Source: Puniceicoccales bacterium (GTDB lineage Bacteria > Verrucomicrobiota > Verrucomicrobiia > Opitutales > LL51). From it: DNA of 32,000 nucleotides. Where the stretch lies: assembly GCA_031283585.1 (NCBI GenBank), contig JAITBP010000007.1, positions 30,001 through 62,000 of the forward strand. The letters run 5' to 3'. The notes under the pieces were generated by a model that had not been told where the DNA came from, did not search any database, and saw nothing but the letters and a program-made list of their open reading frames with translations. Within the stretch, counting starts at the first letter, position 1. The number at the start of each line of letters is the position of its first letter. The translations under genes and the position numbers were made by a program. This document shows positions 23,132 through 32,000 of the stretch, in pieces.

Positions 23132-25447
23132 ATGGAAGAAGGTTCATTGATAAAGGATTTGGCAATTGTCGTTGCTTCGGCCGGGACCCTGGGCATGTTA
23201 TTTCATTTCCTACGGCTACCGTTACTACTTGGATACATAGTAAGTGGATTTATCATCGGGCCTCATTTTTTGCCCACACCGTTTGTTACGGATGAATATA
23301 CTATACGCCAACTTAGCGAACTTGGAGTAATATTTTTGATGTTCTACGTTGGTATTGAATTCGATCTGGAAAAGCTAAAACGAGCCGTTGGTGCAGCACT
23401 TTTGGCCGTGTTATCGCAGACTATCTGCATGGTACTCATCGGGATACTGATAGCTCCGCTGTTCGGTTGGTCAGGACTAAATGGCATATTTCTCGGCGCT
23501 CTGCTGGCTATCACCTCAACCATGGTGACGATCCCTATGCTCAAGGAGCAGAACGCGATGAGTAAAAATTTTGCTCAGCTCACCCTGGGAATTCTCATAT
23601 TGGAAGATATCGTTGCGATACTTTTACTGGTAATATTGTCTGGTATAGGCATAACCGGCTACCTCGAATGGGAGGCTGTGGGCCGGGTAACTTTTTTGGT
23701 CGGGGTTTTCGTGGTGATGGTTTTCGTGGTCGGTAAGATTTTCGCTTCGAAGCTCATAAAAGTTATGCGCCGGGTTACGGCACCGGAACTTTTTGTATTG
23801 GTAATAATAGGTTTTGCCCTGGGCCTTGGTGAACTGGCGAACAAATTCCACTTTTCCGTGGAACTGGGCGCCTTTTTAGCCGGATCGATACTGTCCCAAT
23901 CGTCCATTTCAAAGAAAATCGAGCACATAATCGAACCATTTCGCGATATTTTTAGCTCGATATTTTTTGCCACCATAGGGATGATGATCGATCCGGGAGC
24001 CATAGTCTCGCATTTGCCGCAGATCCTGGTAATTTCGTTTATAGTTTTGTTCGCCAAGTCGATCGCCTGTTGGTTTGGACTGTTTGCGTCTGGTGAAAAG
24101 CCGGATGTAGCCTTCCAATCCGCCACCTACATATCTCAGATCGGAGAGTTTAGCTTCATCATTGCAGCGATGGGCCAAAAAACCAGAATGACGGATCCGG
24201 CGCTGGTATCCATGGCCGTTGGCGTATCGTTACTTACGATTATCGGTTCAACTATTATGATAAAACACCACAAAACACTCTATGCGTCTATTGCTAAAAG
24301 AACCCCAGAATTTTTGAAACATATCGGTGTTTTTTACCATAACCTATTGCATGTCATAAGCTTAGAGATCGAAAAAAATGCGCTCATAAAAATCCTACGC
24401 CGACCGATTTTACAAATAATATGGTACTTTTTTCTTCTCACAGGCTTGATGTTTTTGGCCTACTACGCATCCTATCTCATTGGAAATTATAAGCTTGGAT
24501 TCTTAGAGCAGTATAAACAACAGGTTGTAGTCGCCATATGGATAGCAGCCGCCTTCGTGACCATGCCGGTTTTCATTGGTGCTGTCAAGAACATTAATTT
24601 GATCATAGCGTCCATCACCGACGAGGCCCTGGCGTCGTTGGAAACCAATCTAGCCAAGGGCAGCCGGACTGTTAACTTCATCCAATCGATCGTGTTAGCG
24701 ATCTCACTACTCCTGTTCAGTGGCATATTTTTGTCCGTTGCTTCCAATTACCTTCCCACCGGGACTTCGCTAATCGTTTTTGTACTATTGTCCGGCGCGC
24801 TATGTATCTTCTTCTGGCGCAAACTGATGTCAGCCAATAATAGATTCGAAGTCATGTTCATGGACACATTTAATACCGAGGTACAGAACAAGGATGACGA
24901 GTTGCGGGAGAGTACTTTACAGAAAATTAAGGAAAAATATCCCTGGGACGTGCAGATCAGGAACTATAAGATCAAGAAAAACAGTCAGCTTGTCGGCGTT
25001 AGGATCATCGATTCCAAACTTAGAGAACAAACCGGCGCGACCATTGTGGCCGTAACACGCGGCGGCTATACATGTTACTCGCCAAACCCATACAGCACGA
25101 TGTTTCCTGACGACAATGTGCTGCTGCTGGGCGAAAAACACCAAATCAACGACGCCATTGAGCTGTTAGAAAAGACACAAGATGATATGGAAGAACATGT
25201 TGTAAAACAGAAATTTGCCATAGAAACGGTTTGCATCGGTATCACTAGTAACATGATCGGCCAAAGCATCGGTGACACAGGTATTCGTGGAAAATTTGGC
25301 GTGAATATCGTTGGCATTCAACGTCGTAGCGAAAAAATAGTGACACCTTCGCGGAATATGGTTCTTGAAGAGAACGACATCCTGGTTCTGGCCGGCACCG
25401 ATAGCGCAATCACAAAGGTCCTGGAGTATTTTCAAATAAGCACGTAA
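23132..25447 (+). CDS. CPA2-family cation:proton antiporter with two C-terminal RCK_C (TrkA-C) domains
   Basis: The N-terminal Na+/H+-exchanger-type TM domain includes LGYIVSGFIIGP and LGAFLAGS. Four extra TM segments follow. Two TrkA-C-like modules come last (LVGVRIIDSKLREQTGATIVAVTRGG...NVLLLGEK, and IGQSIGDTGIRGKFGVNIVGIQRRSE...NDILVLAGT). The ATG at 23132 is preferred; the ORF track starts at a GTG at 23075. Confidence 0.85.
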   Translation: MEEGSLIKDLAIVVASAGTLGMLFHFLRLPLLLGYIVSGFIIGPHFLPTPFVTDEYTIRQLSELGVIFLMFYVGIEFDLEKLKRAVGAALLAVLSQTICMVLIGILIAPLFGWSGLNGIFLGALLAITSTMVTIPMLKEQNAMSKNFAQLTLGILILEDIVAILLLVILSGIGITGYLEWEAVGRVTFLVGVFVVMVFVVGKIFASKLIKVMRRVTAPELFVLVIIGFALGLGELANKFHFSVELGAFLAGSILSQSSISKKIEHIIEPFRDIFSSIFFATIGMMIDPGAIVSHLPQILVISFIVLFAKSIACWFGLFASGEKPDVAFQSATYISQIGEFSFIIAAMGQKTRMTDPALVSMAVGVSLLTIIGSTIMIKHHKTLYASIAKRTPEFLKHIGVFYHNLLHVISLEIEKNALIKILRRPILQIIWYFFLLTGLMFLAYYASYLIGNYKLGFLEQYKQQVVVAIWIAAAFVTMPVFIGAVKNINLIIASITDEALASLETNLAKGSRTVNFIQSIVLAISLLLFSGIFLSVASNYLPTGTSLIVFVLLSGALCIFFWRKLMSANNRFEVMFMDTFNTEVQNKDDELRESTLQKIKEKYPWDVQIRNYKIKKNSQLVGVRIIDSKLREQTGATIVAVTRGGYTCYSPNPYSTMFPDDNVLLLGEKHQINDAIELLEKTQDDMEEHVVKQKFAIETVCIGITSNMIGQSIGDTGIRGKFGVNIVGIQRRSEKIVTPSRNMVLEENDILVLAGTDSAITKVLEYFQIST

Positions 25448-25453
25448 CTCTTT

Positions 25454-27373
25454 TCATGAAAAGACTATACAATACATCTTCTCCGGCGAAACGTAGGTAT
25501 TTCCCATATAGTTGATCAGTTTCATGGTTCTGGTCGAATTGATTTTGATAAAAAATAGTATCAGACTATCATCGAGGGGGTTAGGTGCCTTATAGGCGTC
25601 TCGTTCGCTGAAACTTATTATTACCCTATCATACTCTCTCCTAACCTCTTGCAGGTATTCAAAAGCCCGCTCATTAAAACTCGAACCACTTTTACTTAGA
25701 ATGAGCACGTCGGACCTCTCGTCGATGGCCCCGATATGGCCGACAACCCCATCTATTTCTTTATAAACCAGGCGCTTGCCAAGAATCGTTATCGGCCTAT
25801 CAGTGACAACTAGAACGTTGCCTCCCAATGACATAAAACTACTTGTCAGCCATGACAGTCCACCAGGCTGGCCGACCACATTGACAGCATCCAGGCCATG
25901 ATTTTTTAGCTCACTGTCAATCCTAATTGCCAGGGCGGCCATGGCGGCCTCGATCTCCCGCTGATTGGCCATTCTTATGAATCCAAGCATATTGCCGCCG
26001 AACAACTTGTGTATATCTTCCCTGGTTCTAATCCTATCGTCAAAAATTTCTGCCACAACAATGTACAAAAGGCCAAACATCAGGCCAAGTAACAGAAAAA
26101 CAGAAATTTCCAGCTTAAAATTTGGCCAAACAGGTCGGTCAGGAGGTAGGGCTCGATCAATAACTATGACGTTAGGCATCAAGAGGTTAAGTTGCGCAAT
26201 CTGCTCATGCAACCGGCTATTAATTGTATTGTATAGGTTGAGGGCCACCGTCAGATCTCGCAGTAAAGAATTATATTCCACCGCGACTCTACTCAATTCG
26301 ATTATCTCCGACTCTTTTTGCTTAAGTTTTTCAGAGAGAAGCTGATACTCTCTCTTGGCCTTTGTCTTTTTAGAGCCAATACCGTCGATCACAAAGGCCA
26401 TGGCCGAATCGAGTTCCGATTGCAATTGCTTTAGCTTGCTATTTTCGCAAACTATAATTGGGTGGTTATCTCCGTATTTTTCAGCCAATGACGAGACTTC
26501 GGCCCGCTGCTTTGACAGGTTCGAAAGGACATTTTCGACATAGCTATTCGAACAGACAAAAGGCAGCGTCATCAACTGCTTCCCCTTTTTCCTGTACTCC
26601 TCAATCAGCAGGCAAGAATTCTTAAACAGGTCATATTCTAACCTCTTGTTTACCAAAGCATTATTTATCACAGCCAGTTGCTGATGCGCCACATCATCCT
26701 TCGAATCCAACGAAATCGCACCACAGGTTTCGCGATATTTAGACAGCCTACGTTCTTGATCTTCAATGACTTTTCGCTGGGCACTGATTTTATCGGTGAG
26801 ATCGGTTATGGATTTTAGAATCACGTCTCGCTCGGTTTTGATCGAAAAATCACAGAAAAAATCTGCGAACTTGTTCGCCATCATTGCCGCCACCGTCGAG
26901 GAACAATGGCTGAATGAAATGTTAACAATGTAGCTCTTACGCAACAGGTTAACCTTCCTACGTTCCAATATAAACTCACCGACATCGGCCTCATCAATCC
27001 AGGTCCAGTTTTTGAAATATGGGGAAAGCAGATCTTTTCTATCCTGACAGTCCAGCGATCCCAGAATCGATAGAAGCAAGCTCTTGGCACTAAACATGTT
27101 AAGCTGAGTATTCACATCTTCAAAATCCTTAACTTCGTTTTTTGTCAGCTCTTTGTAACCTAAAGCATTGGGTGATTCATGCAAAATCTGAACTATGGCC
27201 ATAGCTTCGTAAGTCTTTTTCTGGAAAGACATTACGATTACTCCGCCTATTAAAACCGTAAGAAAAATAATTAAAAAAATGCCCTTCCTTCGCGCCAACA
27301 CGCCACGGCATTTTAAGATAAACCTAAAAATATCTGCCCTTACAGTGCCCGAATTTTTCTCATCCTGCCCCAT
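25454..27373 (-). CDS. Polysaccharide co-polymerase (Wzz/GumC/BY-kinase-like) with a degenerate C-terminal kinase-like domain
   Basis: TM1 is followed by a long coiled-coil periplasmic region and then TM2 in the typical context (LEISVFLLLGLMFGLLYIVVAEIFDDRIRTREDI). The cytoplasmic domain has GQPGGLSWLTSS in the position where a Walker A GxxxxGK[ST] would normally sit. The ATG at 27373 has AGGA upstream; a GTG at 27376 is also possible. Confidence 0.75.
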   Translation of the reverse strand: MGQDEKNSGTVRADIFRFILKCRGVLARRKGIFLIIFLTVLIGGVIVMSFQKKTYEAMAIVQILHESPNALGYKELTKNEVKDFEDVNTQLNMFSAKSLLLSILGSLDCQDRKDLLSPYFKNWTWIDEADVGEFILERRKVNLLRKSYIVNISFSHCSSTVAAMMANKFADFFCDFSIKTERDVILKSITDLTDKISAQRKVIEDQERRLSKYRETCGAISLDSKDDVAHQQLAVINNALVNKRLEYDLFKNSCLLIEEYRKKGKQLMTLPFVCSNSYVENVLSNLSKQRAEVSSLAEKYGDNHPIIVCENSKLKQLQSELDSAMAFVIDGIGSKKTKAKREYQLLSEKLKQKESEIIELSRVAVEYNSLLRDLTVALNLYNTINSRLHEQIAQLNLLMPNVIVIDRALPPDRPVWPNFKLEISVFLLLGLMFGLLYIVVAEIFDDRIRTREDIHKLFGGNMLGFIRMANQREIEAAMAALAIRIDSELKNHGLDAVNVVGQPGGLSWLTSSFMSLGGNVLVVTDRPITILGKRLVYKEIDGVVGHIGAIDERSDVLILSKSGSSFNERAFEYLQEVRREYDRVIISFSERDAYKAPNPLDDSLILFFIKINSTRTMKLINYMGNTYVSPEKMYCIVFS

Positions 27374-27448
27374 CACATCCTAGGGCAGGATATAATAACC
27401 CTGCTGCGTAATACAACATTTTGTTGCGTTGTAACTTAAAAAACAGCT

Positions 27449-29458
27449 CTAATTTTTCGTAGATGGATCAGCTAGTCTACTACCGAACAAAACCCGCCAC
27501 TGGGAAAGCTCCATCCAGGCATTTTGCCTCTTTATAGCATCTCTAATCTCTTCATCGCTATGGCTACCCAGCGGCCGGTAAGGAATCCCATGTAGTGTCC
27601 TGGTAGCTAAATCGCATATACCATCGCTAAATACCACGGCAGCATAACCATAACCTTCTTTTATCGAATTCCTATCCAGGATATTTTTGCCAAAGCTATG
27701 GTAGGTAAATCCACTGTCAGCACATAGTTCGACCATCGTCGGCGGGATGTCCACATGAGATCCAACCGGCACAAAATCAACAGCTAACTGATCTAAATAA
27801 TTTTTCCCATATATAATTAGAGGCACGCAGCTGGATTCATAAAACGAATGTTCATTATATAAGTGCCTGCGCGAGAAGTGATCACCGGTTATCAAGAATA
27901 AACAGTTCTCAAATTTTTCATCGGCCTTTTTCACAAAATTAGCAATACAGTTGTTCGCATACCATATGTGCCGCAGCTGTTTTATCTTACTACTATCCGA
28001 CGTCACGGCACTAATTGCTTTCACCGGAACTCCTTTGCTATCAACATCAATTTCATAGGGTGGATGGTTAGAGGTGTTCAAAATCAGGCTGAACGTGGGA
28101 ACATCACTGGGAATCTTTTCCAGGACAAAATCAAATAATCCGTCATCGTCCACACCCCACTCTTTACCGGTCAACTCACCCATGACATCGCCGCCATATA
28201 CATTCTTGAACCCATTGATGGGCACAAAGTTATTGATATTTTGCCAACTCATGTATCCACCGTAAAAAAAACTGGTCTCGTAGCCCAATCTGGAAAAAAT
28301 CGAGCCAACCGAATAGGGAAACTCCTTCTGGCACTCAGGCATATGGTTGAAGTACAACCGGGCATAGGGAAAATTGCATATCTGGGACGATATGGCATTG
28401 ATAGTCATGTCCGCCGCTGGCAAAAACGACCAGACAAAAAGCCCTTTTTCGGCCACATCCCGGAGATCATTTACCAAATCCAGATACCTGTATTTGTCCA
28501 AAAATGGCCAGCTATCCATGCTCTCGGCCACCAGAACAAACAGATGCTTTGGTTTTGGATTTAATTGAAAGCCAGAAGCTTGCCGCTCAAGTATAGCATC
28601 TATGTCATCGGTGTCAACCTCATCGCCAAACAAAAACCTGATCGATTCCCTCAGACGAACCTCGGACAAATTATCCTTTATTCGCTCCTCAAAAGACCTC
28701 CGATCATAATTTCGGAATAGCAAATAATAGAGAGCATAGGCCGGATTGATCACAAGTTTATTCAAAAAAGGATCGCCGGTTATCGCCACATCCAGCATCT
28801 GCAGTGGCCGACGCCCAAAGGTCCCTCTCAGCGCAAATAAAAATCCTAGAAGAAACACTCCAATGGCAACCCAATTGCACCAAGCATTTGCCCTTGAAAG
28901 TTTTTTGACCCAAACGCATTCCATCCTGTCCCATTTATTATAAAAATGGCAAAAAATTTTCGAGATAAGTATCGCAGCCAATAGCATTCTAATGATTGGA
29001 TAATCGATCCATATGGTCTTGAGAATGGCGACCTTATCATCAAACAAAAAATTTAATACCCACCAATTGAATTGGTCTTTGTATTCCTTAAAATAGGCAA
29101 AATCCACCAGGCTCAGCGACACAGCAATCACTATCAATAGATAGCCATAGGCTCGGCGGCGAGCCGGCCAAAATTTTCCACAATCACTTCCGTACCAAAG
29201 AAATACCAACGGTGGGATGATAAAAACCGGCAAAGTCGCGACACTGACAACTTTCAGGTCAAACAGAAAACCATGCCTAAACAATATCCATAAACCTGAA
29301 AATGTTCTGTTATTCCATAAATATATGTGTGAAAAAAATAACCCTAGCCGAAGGTAGGTAAAAATTGAAGCCAAAACTATCAACAGCTTCAGAGATCTAG
29401 CTGTTTCCACCAATACATGGTTGGAAAAATCACTCCAGTTATACTTTGCACGTGGCAT
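27449..29458 (-). CDS. LtaS/phosphoglycerol-transferase-like sulfatase-family membrane protein
   Basis: About five N-terminal TM segments precede an alkaline-phosphatase-superfamily domain with the motifs FVLVAESMDSW, ILNTSNHPPY and FLITGDHFSR. The ATG at 29458 is preferred; the ORF track starts at a TTG at 29470. Confidence 0.8.
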   Translation of the reverse strand: MPRAKYNWSDFSNHVLVETARSLKLLIVLASIFTYLRLGLFFSHIYLWNNRTFSGLWILFRHGFLFDLKVVSVATLPVFIIPPLVFLWYGSDCGKFWPARRRAYGYLLIVIAVSLSLVDFAYFKEYKDQFNWWVLNFLFDDKVAILKTIWIDYPIIRMLLAAILISKIFCHFYNKWDRMECVWVKKLSRANAWCNWVAIGVFLLGFLFALRGTFGRRPLQMLDVAITGDPFLNKLVINPAYALYYLLFRNYDRRSFEERIKDNLSEVRLRESIRFLFGDEVDTDDIDAILERQASGFQLNPKPKHLFVLVAESMDSWPFLDKYRYLDLVNDLRDVAEKGLFVWSFLPAADMTINAISSQICNFPYARLYFNHMPECQKEFPYSVGSIFSRLGYETSFFYGGYMSWQNINNFVPINGFKNVYGGDVMGELTGKEWGVDDDGLFDFVLEKIPSDVPTFSLILNTSNHPPYEIDVDSKGVPVKAISAVTSDSSKIKQLRHIWYANNCIANFVKKADEKFENCLFLITGDHFSRRHLYNEHSFYESSCVPLIIYGKNYLDQLAVDFVPVGSHVDIPPTMVELCADSGFTYHSFGKNILDRNSIKEGYGYAAVVFSDGICDLATRTLHGIPYRPLGSHSDEEIRDAIKRQNAWMELSQWRVLFGSRLADPSTKN

Positions 29459-29554
29459 ACTTTCAATCAACCTAATTTAATAGAATTGCTAGCAGCAGAG
29501 CGAAAGTCAACAGAATTATATGGCCTTCCTCTAACCACAGACGTCCATATTGCA

Positions 29555-29584
29555 TTGACAATTTGCAATGTAAAGAGTTAAAAT
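29555..29584 (+). promoter_or_regulatory. Sigma70-like promoter candidate for folA
   Basis: A perfect TTGACA (29555-29560), an 18-nt spacer, then TAAAAT (29579-29584). It lies about 70 nt upstream of the folA ATG. The tandem TGCGCAAA repeat lies just downstream of the predicted transcription start. Confidence 0.35.
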
Positions 29585-29656
29585 TCTTTTGCATCTGCGC
29601 AAATGCGCAAATAAATTAAATTGCCAATTGGTCGCAATATCCTAGCAGTATGCAGG

Positions 29657-30181
29657 ATGACGACAGACAAAACTGTATCCATCTCCATCTGGCTTAAAGC
29701 GATAGCCGCCATCGACTCCAACAGGGTAATCGGAGCCAACGGTGGCATACCCTGGAAAATCAAAGAGGAATTTGGTGTTTTTAAGAAGATCACCACGGGC
29801 CATAGTCTGGTGATGGGTCGAAAAACCTATGAATCCATAGGTAAGCCGTTGCCAAACCGAATCAACCTGATCATGAGCCGCTCCATGCAACCCCAGGATG
29901 GCATAACCATTGTACGGGGACCCGAAGAACTCAGGCCACCCGCCGATGGTAAGTTACTCTGGGTCTGCGGCGGCGCCGAAATATACCGGATGCTTCTCCC
30001 GCGATGCTCCCAGCTGATCCTCTCCCATGTCCATGGAGATTTCCACGGGGACACATTTTTTCCAGAATTTTCGCATTTATTTAAGTACAATAGCGACATA
30101 CATCTGGGTGACAAATTTGTGACAAAACTCTACGATAATGTGCATTGCTCCTGGCCAACGGAAAAATTTCTGCTTGACTAA
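29657..30181 (+). CDS. folA: Dihydrofolate reductase
   Basis: Motifs IAAIDSNRVIGANGGIPW, VMGRKTYESIGKPLPNR and LWVCGGAEIY. I chose the ATG at 29657; the ORF track starts at a TTG at 29621. Confidence 0.9.
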   Translation: MTTDKTVSISIWLKAIAAIDSNRVIGANGGIPWKIKEEFGVFKKITTGHSLVMGRKTYESIGKPLPNRINLIMSRSMQPQDGITIVRGPEELRPPADGKLLWVCGGAEIYRMLLPRCSQLILSHVHGDFHGDTFFPEFSHLFKYNSDIHLGDKFVTKLYDNVHCSWPTEKFLLD

Positions 30182-30210
30182 AAATTCATATCCTAGTTGC
30201 CTGATTGGCG

Positions 30211-31731
30211 ATGTTGGCAATAGTACAATCCGGAGCGATTCTTGGCATAGAAGCGCTTCCAATTAACATCGAGATAAATTCTGGCGAAGCCGGTGAGCCA
30301 AGATTTATACTGGTTGGATTGCCTGATACGGCGGTCAAAGAATCCCAGGGTCGAGTATATTCAGCCCTGGCAAATTCTGGTTTTTTTCCACCAAAAACAC
30401 GGACCACAGCTAATTTATCACCAGGAAATATAAAGAAAGAAGGGCCACTCTACGACCTGCCGATTGCCCTGGGGATCATAGCAAGCACGAACCAGGCAAT
30501 TTTTCATGGATTGGACAGATTTTTAATAGCCGGCGAGCTCAGTTTATCCGGCAAAGCGTTACCGGTCCGAGGCGCCATATCGTTGGGAATTTTGGCCAAA
30601 AAGCTGAACAAATCCCTAATACTACCCAGGCCATCGGCCGAAGAAGCCGCGCTGCTCGATGGTCTAGAAGTTATAGGTGTCGAATCCCTGGACCAGGCTG
30701 TACAATTCCTAACCGGCAGAATAAACCTAGAACCTAGGCATAGCAATATCAACGAGATATTTGACATAAACAGGCGTTCCTACCAGGTGGATTTTTCCGA
30801 TGTAAAAGGTCAATTTATGTTACGTCGTGCCGTGGAAGTGGCTGTTGCTGGTGGCCATAATCTGCTGATGATAGGCGCACCAGGATCTGGTAAATCTATG
30901 ATAGCCAAGAGGATTCCGAGCATAATGCCGGAGCCAACCATCTCGGAATTTTTAGAAAATCTTCGCATAGAATCCCTGGCCGATGCAAATTCACTGCCAA
31001 CCCAAAGGTCATTTTGCCGGCCGTTCAGATCGCCACATCACACCCTAAGCGATATAGGCCTGATCGGTGGTGGTAAAATTCCGACTCCCGGTGAAATATC
31101 GCTGGCCCACAACGGCGTACTGTTTCTCGACGAGCTGCCTGAGTTCAAAAGATCGACATTGGAAGTTCTGCGCCAACCACTTGAAGATGGCACTGTTTCC
31201 ATATCGCGAAGTGCCGGCAAGATAACGTTTCCCTGCGAATTTATGCTGGTTGCGGCGATGAATCCCTGTCCCTGCGGTTACCTCGGCGACCGAAGGATCT
31301 CGTGCCATTGTTCCATCGATAAAATACAAAAATACAGATCCAGAATAAGCGGTCCCTTGCTTGACAGGATCGACATTTACATAAACGTTAAGGCCGTCCG
31401 GGCAAACGAATTAGCAAACAACACTCCCGGCGAATCATCGGCAGATATAAAGAAACGCATTCAAACGGCCAGGTCCATACAGCAGGAAAGATATCAAAGC
31501 AAAACCATCAATGCCCGGGCCAGCAGAAGTGATATGAAAAAATATTGTGTGCTGGATGCGGCTTGTAGCAAACTGATTGAGGCAGCCATGGCCCAATTTT
31601 CAATCTCCGCCAGAGCCCATTCCAAGATCATAAAAGTGGCAAGAACCATAGCCGACCTGGCCTCATCGGACAAAATCCAAGAAGAACATCTGTTAGAAGC
31701 CATACAATATAGATCCTGGGATCACCACTGA
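30211..31731 (+). CDS. comM: Mg-chelatase-like AAA+ protein ComM/YifB
   Basis: The N-terminal Lon-protease-like domain begins [15 protein letters not shown]. The AAA+ Walker A is [15 protein letters not shown] and the Walker B is [12 protein letters not shown] Cys cluster [15 protein letters not shown] is present. I chose the ATG at 30211. Confidence 0.9.
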   Translation: MLAIVQSGAILGIEALPINIEINSGEAGEPRFILVGLPDTAVKESQGRVYSALANSGFFPPKTRTTANLSPGNIKKEGPLYDLPIALGIIASTNQAIFHGLDRFLIAGELSLSGKALPVRGAISLGILAKKLNKSLILPRPSAEEAALLDGLEVIGVESLDQAVQFLTGRINLEPRHSNINEIFDINRRSYQVDFSDVKGQFMLRRAVEVAVAGGHNLLMIGAPGSGKSMIAKRIPSIMPEPTISEFLENLRIESLADANSLPTQRSFCRPFRSPHHTLSDIGLIGGGKIPTPGEISLAHNGVLFLDELPEFKRSTLEVLRQPLEDGTVSISRSAGKITFPCEFMLVAAMNPCPCGYLGDRRISCHCSIDKIQKYRSRISGPLLDRIDIYINVKAVRANELANNTPGESSADIKKRIQTARSIQQERYQSKTINARASRSDMKKYCVLDAACSKLIEAAMAQFSISARAHSKIIKVARTIADLASSDKIQEEHLLEAIQYRSWDHH

Positions 31732-31983
31732 TGAGCGAGGCAAAGTTTCGTAGATATGATTCGCCAGGACAAAAAACTCAGTAAAAGAAAAATATTATTT
31801 TTTGACTCAAAAATCTATAGAAATCAATAATTAACAATACTAACAATAAATACATAACCAGGTAACGATAATTTTCCGATGGACAAAGGTTCACAGGTTT
31901 GCTTTTATAAAATAATTAAAATAATAAAATTAGCATTGACCTTAGGGCACCATGTTTACAAATTTGCGTCCATGGTTATGTTC

Positions 31984-32000
31984 GCCCTTGTAGCTCAGTC
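31984..32000 (+). tRNA. 5' end of a tRNA gene truncated by the window edge (identity undetermined)
   Basis: GCCCTTG-TA-GCTC-AGTC matches a 7-nt acceptor strand, then positions 8-9, then the D stem and the start of the loop. A possible TTGACC -35 lies at 31936-31941. Only 17 nt are visible. Confidence 0.5.

Noticed and set aside
25449-25464. Palindrome TCTTTTCATGAAAAGA overlapping the convergent stop codons of the CPA2 antiporter and the Wzz-like gene, considered as a bidirectional terminator.
   Set aside because: The stem is only 6 bp and almost pure A/T, with no flanking U-tract. That is too weak to call a terminator.
29578-29796. 72-aa minus-strand ORF overlapping the folA start region, plus other ORFs antisense to folA (29642-29890, 29827-30114).
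   Set aside because: They are antisense to the motif-supported folA gene or lie within the regulatory interval. They have no supporting signals.

Overview
This 32-kb window comes from a moderately AT-rich bacterium with a Gram-negative-type envelope gene set. I cannot assign a taxon. All homology statements below come from motifs read by eye in the supplied translations; no database search or program was run.

Most of the window is tightly packed housekeeping:
- rpsA (5' part), tmk-holB, an M50 protease, a haloalkane-dehalogenase-like hydrolase, nif3 and mreBCD.
- acpP-fabF followed by an LpxL/GT9 fusion gene.
- A TPR membrane protein, an M24 aminopeptidase, lepB-truA, and a CPA2 antiporter with two RCK_C domains.
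- A Wzz/BY-kinase-like protein, an LtaS/sulfatase-family protein, folA and comM.
- Three complete tRNAs (Val-CAC, Leu-TAG, Leu-CAG) and the first 17 nt of a fourth.

Two clearly AT-richer accessory blocks flank tmk-holB:
- Block 1 (1328-5396) starts with a CesT/SycE-like secretion-chaperone gene whose start lies inside the end of holB. Two large K/E/N-rich paralogous genes follow, sharing an N-terminal module of about 65 aa.
- Block 2 (7072-9981) holds three tandem paralogous small signal-peptide proteins with very basic C-terminal tails, then tRNA-Val. It ends with a signal-peptide protein carrying three near-identical 63-bp acidic repeats.

Several of these accessory genes appear to have sigma70-like promoters placed so close to the ATG that the mRNAs would be nearly leaderless. 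The chaperone plus modular-cargo cassette and the neighbouring secreted-protein family are the most interesting content and look like a host-interaction or effector locus. No CRISPR array, transposase, integrase, rRNA or obvious pseudogene was seen.
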